Assembly (NCBI GenBank): GCA_051362555.1
Contig: CM120640.1
Location: 2,480,001 to 2,544,000 of the forward strand
Direction of reading: 5' to 3'
Length of the DNA: 64,000 bases
Source of the DNA: Lingula anatina
Taxonomy: Eukaryota > Animalia > Brachiopoda
In this document: positions 24,901 through 38,200 of the stretch, in pieces
How positions within the stretch are numbered: position 1 is the stretch's first letter
Layout: each line of letters opens with the position of its first letter
Position numbers and translations under genes: made by a program
The notes under the pieces: generated by a model
What the model was told of the DNA's origin: nothing
The model's input: the letters and a program-made list of their open reading frames with translations, nothing else
Databases searched by the model: none

Positions 24901-26760
24901 GAAGATCAATAATTTGGCGAGATTAATTTTCGTAGACAATTTGAGATGAAATTCCATCTTTTTTTGCTTTGAGATACTAGGTTCTAATAAGCAATAAATT
25001 GTATGATGAATTATGGTCCTCAGGTCCTATACCAAGCTAAGTCAGCTGTCCTTGGATGCATCAAGTTAATTTTTTTAAATGTCATCTTGGGTATTGCTGT
25101 GAGTGTTTTGTTATATACATGTAGATAATTCTACTGTATTTATTTCACATAGTGACATACAATTTGCTGCAATAAAAACTTTAAAAGGATAGTGTAAAAG
25201 ATTAAGAAGTGATAACTGCACTGAATTCCCTTTAATTTGACACAGTAAAGTTAAACTTCTGGCAGCTGGTTAGAAGACTATTGCCTGTTGCTACCAGTGG
25301 CTCAACAGCAGCAAGTTAAGTCCCATATCACCTGTGGATGACTACACAGCTGTCACACCTACATATTGTACACTTATTACCACCATAATTTGATTGCAAA
25401 TGTATTCTATTTATTAATTTATCAGGTGGGAGAGGGGTGGTGCTGGGCAATATATCAAAAAGTCGGTTATCCATCAGCTGCATCATAGTGTTTTTGACCA
25501 CTATTTTACCACATCTTGATGAAAGGTGTTATAGTAGCTATCGTGATATGGTTGCAGGTAAAAAAAAAAAAGAGTTGCACAAAAACGTGATTGAAACTGT
25601 TAGCACTAGGTTTCTTGTACTTTTATTGTGGCCACTCAGTTGGGTGTTATTTCACCTAAAATAATTTTTTTTTCTCCCACTCATGAAAGTTTGTCTTCAT
25701 TTTGGAAACCTTCTGGTATACTGAACTTGTGGGAAACCTAGTGGGATTTCTGAAAGCTTAACTGTGCATGTTATTTTCACCCTGTAGACAATTTATTCTT
25801 TATCAGGTGCTGGGAAAAGCTCTAAATCTACTAACTTCATTATACTCTCATAGTTTTTAGCCAAGTAACATAATAGTTTTAAACATTATCCAAGCTATTA
25901 TTTTTTTGCTTGATTGATCACTTGCACACCAACCCCAGCTCATGCAGATTATATTTGTTACATATTTTTATGATAGACAGAATGTCTAATGGCATCATTC
26001 CACATACTTGCCAGACCAGAAGCAAGGCTACTTATCATCATATTTATCATAGACTAAGTCTGCCGCACTTGTTTGTTGCGTTATCTCCTACAGTAATTTG
26101 TTTTAAATTGAAAAAGCTGCACAATCGCACACCACTTGGGGACCATTTGCAGTGACAAATTCTGCATTGTTTCTAACTTGTTTTTACAGCTGAGGCCATT
26201 TATGAATTCAAATGTAAAGTGATCATAGCTTGTGGTGTGCAATCAATTTTTTCACCTATTAATAACCATATAAAAAGCAGGATAAACCTTTATTTCTCTT
26301 GTTCTCAGAAGCGATTTTTGCCAATTTAAATGAAAAATCTGATTCCTCCCCCCCTCTCGTTTTGCCTAGACCCCTGGTTGTAAGACCACTGAACCATTTC
26401 TTCCTTTTTTTTTTTTTTTACAACCCTAAGTCATAACTCTGTTCTCGATAGCAGACTGCAGAAAAACATATTGCCATTAATTTAAACCCGAGACATGTAA
26501 ACATGTTCTACATGTTTTTGTTTCTGTGATTTCACTCTAGTATCAAATTAAGCAGCCAGGGACATCTTCAGGGATTGTTATTACAGCAGGTGATTGGACC
26601 ATTATCAGGATCAGGTTGTCCAGGGAGGTGGGGGTTTGTATTATTTCCTTGTAGTATTTTGATTCTGGGAATCTGATTTAAAAAACGTGCGAAAGATTGT
26701 GTCCTGTGATGTGTGTCAAGATGTCAAGGGAGAACTACAAATGACATTGGGTCTCTTAAT

Positions 26761-26779
26761 TCTCTCTCTCTCTCTCTCT

Positions 26780-26852
<73 letters not shown>
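26761..26852. repeat. Compound microsatellite (TC)n-(TG)n-(AG)n
   Basis: Directly visible. Confidence 0.95.
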
Positions 26853-26855
<3 letters not shown>

Positions 26856-29800
26856 ATGTTCCACGGTATCAATCATTTGAAGTTTTTGTTTATGTCTTTT
26901 TTGTAAAATATACATAAAGCAACATCATAAGTTACTGGTACTTGGGAAGGCATATAATGAGTGCCAGTACATGATGTATAGATAATATCATTCACAGAGA
27001 TCATAGTCAGGATATAATACCTGTAATGAACTTGATTAAAACAGGATGTTAGAATTATGCGTAATAAACCAAATACATGAACATATATTGTCAGAATATG
27101 AAATTTAATAATGATCAGCAGTGATAAATCATGGACTGATTATTGTGTTTTCAAGTGCATCCGACGTGTTATTACATGACAGATCATTTTGTCCTTACCA
27201 GTTATGAAATTAGGCTCGTTTAATGCAAAAGCTGACACATGCATAACCTCACGCAAATACTAAAACAAAAAAAAAAAAAAAAAAGAGGAAAGGAAAAACA
27301 CAAGCAAAAGTGATAACTGATCACAGAACCTGGAATTCTGCATAAAACATCAAACAATTTAAAAAATATGTTTGATAATTTGATCTGTAATTGAGACCCC
27401 AAATTGAGGAAGTAGAATTGCTTGGAAAATCGCTGGATATAATTGCATATTAATCATAATATGTAAGGACTGAATAGCCTCAGAAAAAATGGACATGCAA
27501 GCCATTAACTGTATTAGTGTCTGGTAAGATTAAAGATTCTGTGCTCATGTGAAGACATTAGTGTAGATTAACATCATTAATTTTGTCATTTTGACACAGA
27601 TAGTTACATGTCAATTAATCAAGCAATGTTGTGCAGATAGTATTTCTTAATGCCTTCTTTTTTTCTCTCCTACATTATTCAAAGATATATGATCCGTCTT
27701 GTTTTCATATTTCAAACATCAGCCCTGACTATAAAAGCCACCAGTTATTCAGTTATGGTAACTCACTTGGATGGTAATTTGAATATTCCAGCATAATAAG
27801 ATGCAATGACGTAGAATGGACATATTATCTTGACGTCCCCGCCATAATTCAATTATTTTCATTCACCTACCAAGAATGAATGCGTCAAAGAACATTGCTG
27901 GCCAAAATCAATTGGGCAGTCCTGGAAACTGGGCAACCTGTCCGAAAACTCGTTAATTAAAGGATCATGCACACGGTTTTATAAAGAGTGGAGAGGGGAA
28001 TAATAAAAACTGCCCTTGTGGCTAGAAAGGATTCACTCTGAACAAAAATTATTAGATTTGCCATTTCTCAGGTTGGGTCAATTAACTTTTCAGGAAATTT
28101 TTAGAACCCCTTTGAAATTGTTGAATAAAGGCATGGGACATCAATAAGTCATATTCCTTGATCCTGCTATTAATATTTGTGCACATCTGTGATTGTTTTG
28201 AATTTTGGGTGACCAAGTCAAACGTACTTGGGATATCAGGAGACAATCTCCAGTGTACCGACCCAGGCCATCAGCTGGCTTTTTCAAGGGATGACATCAA
28301 GATATTACGCTGACAGATTCCTTTACCGCTAAACTTGATGTTGCTTGGCTGCCCAGCTGGTAGTACCAGATTAAATTTAATAAAAGTCTAGTTCACAGAG
28401 AGTCTGCTGTTATTTACAGCTAACAAGGTACAGCTACTGTTTTGGACAGCGCTGCTCCACACCAGAAATGTAACGCTGACTTAATTTGCACTGTAAAGAA
28501 AAAAATGTTCATTACTTTACAGACTGATTACCTTGTCTCCTCTATTAAATTCTGTACAGCTGGGATTATAAGTTTTCCATAAATTCCCCATTTTCTGAAA
28601 CACTGTCCAATTGTTATCAAAAATGTATGGAAGTTTCCCGTGCCATAATAAGTCCAGTGTTACAACAACTGAGTCAGTTGAGCATGTCCGCACTGTTTGT
28701 ACCACATCATTACTTGAGGAGATATATCTCCATGATAACCTGCTAGACCCGGGTTACCACAGGTGCCTACTGCCTTCTGGTCATTATCTGACTTCTGTAT
28801 CTTTCCTTGTTTACTTACTGCCCAGCTGTCCTCTCCTCTTAATATAATATTCTAAATTTCTGTATATTAATTACTTGTGTTAAATTGTGGTAATTTTATT
28901 AACAAATTGGTCCAAACTTTTAAAAACCTTTTATTAACTCCTTTAATAATTTTAAGACTTTTTTTTCTATTTTGTTTATTTTATTTTTCTTTTTTTCTCT
29001 CTATCTTTACTACATATATATTCAAAGACAAATGCATTCATTGGAAAACTTCAATCTCAGGGTTGCAATTGCAGAAATGCATGTATTATATACATGTTAC
29101 CAGCTCAGCATTACTCCATCTCATGACCCATACACTTGAATGAACTGCCACTCTGAACATTGGCTCAGTGTCTCACTGAATTTCAGGGAATTGTGACTGT
29201 TGTTGGTTAATTGTCATTCATGATCTGGAGAACTTTTTTGTTTGGGCCTCATGAAAATCAATTTTGTGTCTTGATTTTATTTAGTTGTTTTTTTTTTTTT
29301 TTTTTTTTTTTGTTTTTTTTTTGTATTTAGCATTATTGTGCCTTGTTTAGTGGTGTGCTAGTGCTGGTTGCTTGAACAGTGTGAATGGTATTTTACTTTT
29401 ACTCTTTCACTGCTGATTTCCCCCCTTAACTCTGTAAATACTAATGTCATTGTCTCTCTATTGGAACTAACTGATCTAGAAGAATTTTTTGGCTGCAAGC
29501 AGTCCAGTATTCCTTGGCAACTTTTCACCTCACTTCTGGCTGAATAACTTTCAGCAGTTCCTGCACTGGTTAACAGTAGAAGTTAGAACCACCTGCTCTA
29601 TGGTGTTTCTATAGAAAATGTATTTTATTCATGTTTTCCCATTTCTCCTTTGACAAAGCTGCTGAGTGGGTGGGGAGGAATAATAATCACATTTAGTTTT
29701 TTCTTCTTTTTACACTTGAAAAAAATCTGCAGCTGTTATTTATCCAGACAAAGAAATGATGTAATAATATTTTTAGAATGGATGCCAGTGGACTCATAGT

Positions 29801-30283
29801 AATTCAAAATGTTGTCCTATTGCAGGCAGTTTATAGGATTAGTATTCTCTGAAATCCTCCTATTTTTTTCTCATATAGCCTATTTCAATATCTGAAAGTA
29901 TACGTTTTAGTCTCTACATATACAGACACTGTATACTGTCTTATTTGCCTATCTTATAGCTATGTCTGACAGCTGTTCCTGACACATTACAGCTATTACT
30001 AGTAATTTTCCCAAAACTGCCAAATTGTCTTTTTTTACTTGGAGTTTACTGAAATTTAAGAATTGTTTTGAAAATCTTGCCAGAAAATAAACATTATCAA
30101 ATTACTTTTACAAAAGTTGGCATTCTTTTTTTTATCTGAAATTGCATGACTTGTGTTTGTGAATTATACATCATAGAAGGCACTGGAGATGATGGTAGAA
30201 CTGTCTTTGATGAAGTTTGAAGTTGTGTATGATATATATATATATTCAGGAAATTAAATTTTCTTTCCATTGCTAACACAGTT

Positions 30284-30730
30284 TAACCAACAGAGTTACT
30301 TTTGTCAATAGCTATAGAAAACTCACTGATATTTACCAGCCAATATTCCGTCTACTGACAGCCAGACATCATCAGGGAAATGAGGATTGTGATAGGTATT
30401 TTCACCTGTCGCCCCTAAGGTGTTCTGTCTAGTCAGGTTCCCCCCTCCTCTGTATTCCCCCCTCCCTAAGGAGTGGAAGATAGAGGTTGGGGAACTCAGT
30501 CCCATCATTTCTATTGAGTTTTGCTCCATGCAGCTTGATGCTAATAGCTTTAAGAGCTTTACAGTGAAAGTCGGGGCATTTGACTAGACAGCACACCTAA
30601 AGGCGACAGGTGATTATTGCCTATCACAATCCTCATTTCCCTGATGATGTCTGACTGTCAGCAGACAGAATACTGGCCAGTAAATATCAGTGAATTTTCT
30701 ATAGCTATTGACAAAATAAACTATTGGTTA
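30284..30730. mobile_element. Palindromic MITE with ~160-bp inverted arms
   Basis: 30284-30443 (TAACCAACAG...TTTTGTCAATAGCTATAGAAAACTCACTGATATTTAC...AGACATCATCAGGGAAATGAGGATTGTGATAGG) is the reverse complement of ~30574-30730 with few mismatches; TA at both ends. Confidence 0.85.
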
Positions 30731-32202
30731 TTTCAAACACATAGCAAATGCAACTCTTCAACATAACACCATTAATTTTTTTTTTTTTTTTTTTTTTGCA
30801 TAATTTTCTTTGTGGTGATCATGCATCATGTTCCTGTTTTGGGATTCAATTTTTTTCTATGAAAGCTCTCTTGCTCTTTTTTATATGTTGGGCATTGAAA
30901 TAAATAATGGAACCCGTATTCAATTGCCTCTTGAATAGCCAAATGACAAATTCTGTAACCCTTTTCAGTGTTTGGCCTGTTGTGCCACCCACTTTGATTG
31001 TGAAGCTTTTGGTCATTAAGTGCTCATTCCCATTGAAACACGCCTCTTTCTGGCGTTGACTAGAATACGGAAAAACGAGTATGTTAAAAACAAAAGGAGG
31101 TGTGTTAGTCTGTTAAACTGATTGCATTCAGCAAGAGTCCCCTCAGAGTTGGGTTGATCTACAGAGACTGATGGTGTCAATGGTAATGAGCCCTTCATAG
31201 TTTATATTAGTAAAGGCTGATTAACTATCCTGATCTTTGACTTTTTCATTAATATCAGTAGTGTGAAGAAGGCATTTACTTTGATGAATTATGAATGATG
31301 TAATTATTACCCTTAAAAGTATCAGGCCTCCTACGCCTACACCTGAACTTGACAAAATTTTCCAAGAAATGCCATTCACCTTCAGAGTAGACTGATATCA
31401 TTAATAGGGGGGATGATCCATCTTTAGTTTAACAAATCATTTATTAATTTCTATCTGTCCCCTAAGGCATGGGTTATCTGCATGTTCCCTATTCCCTCTA
31501 TGGCTGTCGCAGTCACCAAGGTGTCAAGATCAGAGAGATCCTAAGTGCTCAGTTGACAGCTTTTCCTGGACTATTAATTGGAGCACAGACTCCAGGAAAC
31601 TCTCAGGAGGGGGTTATCCACATGTACTTTAATTAGAAAGACCCTTAATTGCCTCCAACGCCCCTTGTTAACCTAAGATTGCCTTGATTTGTCCCCTGAT
31701 ATTCTGATTGTTTCCTGGTTATCCAGAATCTACCTTCTATTTTCTAATTATAATGATTTCCTGTGTGGTTCTAAATGCCATTCTTATTATAAAATTTATT
31801 GTTATTACTTGTTGTTTTTTTTACTCAAGTAATTTAGAAATTGATTACAAATTACTTGTATATAATTTAATATCTATTGATTTATATTAGATATTTTTAA
31901 AGTTTTGAATCAGATTACAGTATATTTTTAAGTGTTAAAACGTGGTGCTCTAAACCTGTTTGGTATAAGTGTATGGTTGTTAAACTTTAACACAGAGGCC
32001 ACAGCTTAGAATCATCATGCATTTATTAAATATGCCATATAAAATATATGCATTTATTCTAGGATGTTCTAAATGGAATTTATAGTATTGAGTTATGTGA
32101 TTTTGAATACTTGTTGGTTAGCCAGAATTGTTATCACAGCTGCATTCATTAATGATGGAGAATAGACTTGACCTCAATCATCATGCAGAGATTTTCAAAG
32201 TT

Positions 32203-32236
<34 letters not shown>

Positions 32237-35200
32237 GTCATGGGTCTATATATATCATTGGCCATGATCTCCTGTCAGAAGTACAAACAGCAATGAACTC
32301 TTTTACACAAGTGCAATTAGACTAATAGCTTAAACATTGCTCGTTCTTGTCTATGTTTGGTACAATTCCTCCTGTTCACATCCCTTAGAAGCACTGCTCA
32401 TGATCAATCATCACACTCAACTGTCGGTACATTTTTTATTTCTCTACTATTATTTGCAAGTTTTTCATGAGAACTCTGTATAAAAAGATGGGATTTGTAC
32501 TGGAGATGAGTGTCAGGTCGTCATCCAAAAAGAATATCCTCCCCTCATATCAGAGAGGAAAGACTATTAATTGTAAAATTATCTGGATAAGGGAGATCTC
32601 TTGAAGATTGCAAAGAAAATTGCAATTGTTAATTGCAAAGAACGCAGTAATGAAACCCTGTTGTTAGATTGAAATGAAGCTAAAATGACATTTTGAAATG
32701 CAATTTCCTGGTTTTGACCGTCAGGTTCTAAAACTGGAGAAGATGGTGGTGTATTGTTTCTAATTTTTCCTTCATGATAATGGCCATTGGATTGGAGGGG
32801 GGGGGGGGGGGAGGCGGCTTTCAGCATCAATTTATTGAAATCCATAAAACACACTGATTTTAAAGGTATTATTGAAAATCTATAACCTACAGCTCACTGT
32901 AAACCCAGGAAACACATGTACTAGTATGTACAAACTTTGCACACTTTGCAGTATACAGAATTTTGTCCCTCTTTTCAAAATGTTAATTTCACAAATTATT
33001 TTGACTTCTGCTCTGGTCAGATATGCCCACTCCAATTTTACTATTTGTTTATCACTAACTTTACCGTGTAAATTTGGTTCCTCCAATTATGCAGTTTTTC
33101 CATGCCTTCAAATATGATTTATTTGACTGGCTGGTTTTGAATAATGTATAATGTTAAAATGTCTATGACTTGCAGATTTTCTTCAGTTTACTTCTTCTTA
33201 GATTATCTTCCTTAAATTTGTTGAGTAGCAAATTCAGCACTTTGCCTTTAATTAACTGAAGACAATAAACTCAAGGGATAACATTAAGATTTTTTGTGTA
33301 TATAGGCCCTTATAAATTAAATGAACAGTGTTGTGAAAAGTACATAGGGAAGAAAAGCTCCAATATCTTTCTTTTGAAGAGTTACTTTCCTCAGCTATAC
33401 AAGCAACCCCTCAATTGGGTAACACTTTCAGGAATTACCAAAGCTTACCTTATAACTACCAAGAGTGCCTGCCCTCAACAGCAACTTGATAAAATAATTC
33501 CCAAGTATCACTGGTTCAGTGTAAAACACCACTCAGTGCACGTAACAATCAATCACGACACGCCAGGTAGACTAGGTTCATCAAAGGATGTGAGAACTTC
33601 TGCCACTTACCACACGCTGTGGCATGTCCAGCGCTACCCAATAAATCCTGTATCCACACCAGCCTCTGGCGAACAGTAACTTTTGTACTGAAATACTTCA
33701 TTAAAATATTGTGGGCGTATGATGTACTTCAGCTGGCTATAGTCCTTACAGTTTTATGAAATCAAGCTAAACATCTTGATGAATTGGTCCCCAGCTTGCT
33801 GCGGCATTAGCAGGATATTAGTGATATTCAAGGAACAAGACTATGGGTGATTTATGTGTGATTCATTAAAATGATAGGTTGATCAAACACCCTATTTTCC
33901 TATAGCATGGGGTCATTGAGAGGTATTTAAATGGAAAAATGACCTTTTGTGAAGCGAGTTTTAATGGCTTTTTAATCTTCATTGAATGTTGTATTTTATG
34001 AGAAGGAATTTTGGAAGATAAAAGGCTGTGTTTTATTGATTGTTTGCATTATTTGTGCATTTTACTTTATTATCCCATTGCTTCTCTGTTCCTTAGGAAA
34101 ATAGACTTAAATATATTGCCTCATTATGCCACTGTACAAATTAGATATTTTTAACCTTAATTTTTTTTATAACCCCTTAAAAGGCAACTTTATAAAAGCC
34201 TGCATTTCAAATTATTGCAATATGATTGTCTGTCTGCACATACCAATATAACAGAAAGGATATCAAAAAATCAGAATATATATTAAAAAAAAAAAAGAAT
34301 CTAAGCAGAATGTCAGAAAAAAGTACATTTCTGTGCAAAATTGGAGCCTTTCACCAAATGCCTTTAAATTTACCTTTCAAAAAATAAGTACATACAGTGA
34401 ATTTAAAACCTACCAACAAATGCTCATACCTTTCAGAAAAAAGTACATATTTTGTGCAGTTTGAAGCTTTTCACCTGACCAAATTGTTATACCTTTCAGA
34501 AAAAAGCTACAATTAAGTATGAATTTAAGTATGAATTTAAAGCCTACCATCAAAAGCCTCTATCAAAAGTGAAAATGCTCAGGTTGAACATGCTATGGTG
34601 GCATTATCCTGATAGTAGTCTCCAGAAGAACAATTTAGCGACAATTACCACTGATGAAATTCCCCACAGCAGTGGCAGGTAATCAGAAAAAAGAATAGCT
34701 GCTTCCTTGATGTGTTGTGAGTGGAATTGCAAATTATTGCCTTGGTACTGGTGTAAAATATTTTAAAATTGCAAATAATTGGTTGGAATAATGGTTTCAT
34801 TTGCAAATTTTAAATTGAAAGCACTTGTTCATGGTGCTGCCCAAAAATGTTGGTACCAGTCAGAAATAAAAACTTGTCAAATTAAGAAGAGGAAGCAGAA
34901 AGTTTGGTATTAAAAGCATGCAATTCATCATTAATTGTACTAATTTAATATCTGACTACTTGGCAGTTACATGTAGTCCAAGATACTTAGTACATGTATT
35001 ATAGTTACTAATAAAGGGAGCTTGGATTCCTTAAAGTAACACAGATAAACCACATCTACAAGTTTCCTATGGTATATGACTAAAATGAAGTCGACATGCC
35101 AAGTCATCAACCAAAGTAATCCCTCACTCTGCCATAAATAGCAAAGAAAGGAAACAAAAAATGTCCTTTCAAATATCAATTTTTGGGAATATAAAATGCT

Positions 35201-38200
35201 GCCCTTTGGTGTTCCTCTAAATTATACAATTTGAAACTAAACGGTGGCATTTGGTTGGGTTTTGTGGTAAAAAATTGACTTTAAATGCATCTAGAAGTTC
35301 AGTCAATCTTCTGCAATGCACACGTAGCAGATGGAATAAAAAAGGATGTATCACGTTACGCTTAAAGGTAAGAAAATACTTAGCTAATTTTTCCCAGAAA
35401 AAGTTATTGAACCATAAGAAAAACTAACAAAGCTGAAAAAGTGTAAGTTACGGTCAATAAAAACAAGATAAATTGAAAGTAACATGCATGAAAGAATATA
35501 TGCACCAAAGTGCTTTATTGCAAAAAAATCAATGCTGACACTTTCTGCTCCTGTTGTCTCATAAAAATTGTTACTAAATGAATGAACTTGTCTTTTTTTA
35601 TATTCCCCTCTAGGGAAAATCAAGGGACAATGTCCGTTAACTGGTTCATCAAAATGATCCTCTGCAAATAAAAGATATCGTAAAATATGCCACTACCACT
35701 TGATCTTTTTGGAGGGACCAATGCAAAGTTTTCCAGCTAGTAGAAATGTTGATAAATGTTGAAAAGTGTAAAACCTCCAAACAGAGTTCTGTATGTTGAG
35801 GTTACTAAAAGATGCTGAAACAGTAAACTTTGAAATACAATCAACAGTTGTAACCAAATCTTAATTTACCATTTGCTGTGAACTGAGCATGATGTAATGC
35901 AATCAATTTTTAATAGTGAAGGTCATGTATGAAGGCCTAAAGGTATAATCTCTCATGTTTGGTCAATTCAGAAATAAGACCCTATTTTTTATTTAGTTAT
36001 TTATTTATTTATCTAGTTATTTTTTTATTATTTATTTATTTTATTTTATTTTTTGCAGAAAAAGAACCCAACTCTGAAACTGTTGTCCACGGGGTTGATA
36101 TACACTTTTGTCCAATAGTTTCCAGCCTGACATACAGTGCAGAGTATCCTACCATTAACACAGACTTCAGTGCATGATACTCAACCTCCAACCCTCTACA
36201 CTGTTAGCAAAACCTTCACGCCAAAATGTCCGATCAATACTGAGTGAGGAAGATTTAATACAACTGGCAGCAATCAAGAATTTTGATTCCTGCAGGAGCA
36301 AATTTGATGACCTTATCCTTTTGCCATTTTTCTAATCACATTCCTTGTGTAATTGCTTGTTTTTTTAACAATCTTAATGATTATCAACCGCAAATAAATC
36401 AGTGCTTTCTCAAAACTCTAGAGATGAGATTTTTTGGTTGTAGCAATCAAGATTGAATGATTCATGGCTAATTTTCTCCAGCTGAAAATGATACCAATTT
36501 TATATGTTATGTGCAGTTATGATGAGGTGATGTCATAAATTCTTTCCATTCAGTTTTCAAACATTTTAGAAATAAATCAACTGTTTAATGTTTAATGCCA
36601 CAAACATCTTCTAGCATAATTCAATAATGGAAAGGGCAAGCAACAAATTGGATAAGTGACAGAATTGTAATTGATTTTCTTAGTTATGAGGATCAGTTTA
36701 AGTCTTGTACACGAACAAAGCACATACAGTGTGATGAATTGCACACTCCACGTGTAAAATTGTCCCAAAGTAATCCTTTTATGTCTACATACTTACTACT
36801 TATCTTTCCCAATTCAAACCTTAAAAAATGATAAAACTCTTTAAACAAAGGTCCATGTACCTGATGTCCATATTTCCTTCTAAGATGTCAGGAAGACTAT
36901 GGCGAGACATTTGAAACTTTATCATTTAATTAGAAATTGTCGAAAACATCAAATTCAAGTGCAGGGAATCAAAGGACGAGCACAAATTGATTGGGAGAAA
37001 TGTGCTCAGGGGAGAATTAGATTTGGGATGAAAATCCCAGATACATTTATGAGACACAAATCTATGAATGATGAATCAGATGTATCCAAACATCTTCAGT
37101 AAGTTGTGTAACCCCTGATTAAGGAAGTTATTGTAGCTGGTACATGGATAGAATCCTGGATTTCATTTAATCATCTTAATTCATAGTTATCTGAAAATGA
37201 GTGGTGTAATATTGGCTCATTTTTAAGCACATCTCTGGCTGGTGGTACACATTGAGGAGGTGACTCTCCCTCTCTGAAATTCCTGTAAGAAGAACTTTGA
37301 ATTTCAGTGTCTACCAGCAAAGAATTTGTGCACTTAATTCAAATGAAAAAAGTCATTCCTTCTACCGATTCAAACATTTGATGTCCACTGGGACGGAGAG
37401 AGAAGCTGTAAGCTAGTGGCATCTATCTTGGCTTGATCGAGATTGCTACAGTGAATAATGCATATTGTTAATAACATTGCATTGATGCCCTCAGCAGACT
37501 GGTAACAGAGAAAGAGATTGAGGAATAAAGCTTTACATAAAGAAGACATTGCAGTTATTATGCCATTAATTTACCTTGCTAGAGGGTATTGAGGGGCAGG
37601 AGTGAGGCATTAGGAAATTATTGAGGAGCACATTCATTAGCGAGGATCTGAATGCATTCTGCACTTTGCTCTGACTCACTTGTGTCTGTGTTCACATTAA
37701 AACTTTTTTTAAAACTGATAATGTCTGTAATATGTCTAATTTGCGTCTCCAGACATCTTGACATCTCTGGGTTACAGGACTGTTCCATTACACCCTGGTA
37801 ATTCTGTCTCGTTGCAATTTACCTCTAAAACCAGAAAGATAGCAGACCATGGACGTATAGCATTGATAAGCAAGCTGGTGCACCATCTGCACCATTGCAC
37901 TCAGGAAGCTTCATCATTTTTTGGATAGCTTCACCTTCAATCTTCACCAGCCTTGAGTGCATTTTCCCTTCAGGGCATCGATTGTGCAATAAACCCAATA
38001 CCCAGTGCAGTTATCAAGGCAGGAGGTAGATCTATTTTGGAAGTTGCGAATGTGTCAAATTAAATGTTTTTGTCAGTCGGCGATAATTTTTTTTAGATAG
38101 ATGAATTAAGGTGATGTTCTTTACTCAATCATGGTGAAGGAGAAGATGTTTTCTTCTGGCTCTTTGTGAGAGATGGGCACACATACTGTCCTCAGTGCTT

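Noticed and set aside
28428-28457. GGACAGCGC half-site resembling an RE1/NRSE silencer upstream of a neural GPCR
   Set aside because: The left half-site matches poorly and the spacing is off, so a chance match is likely.
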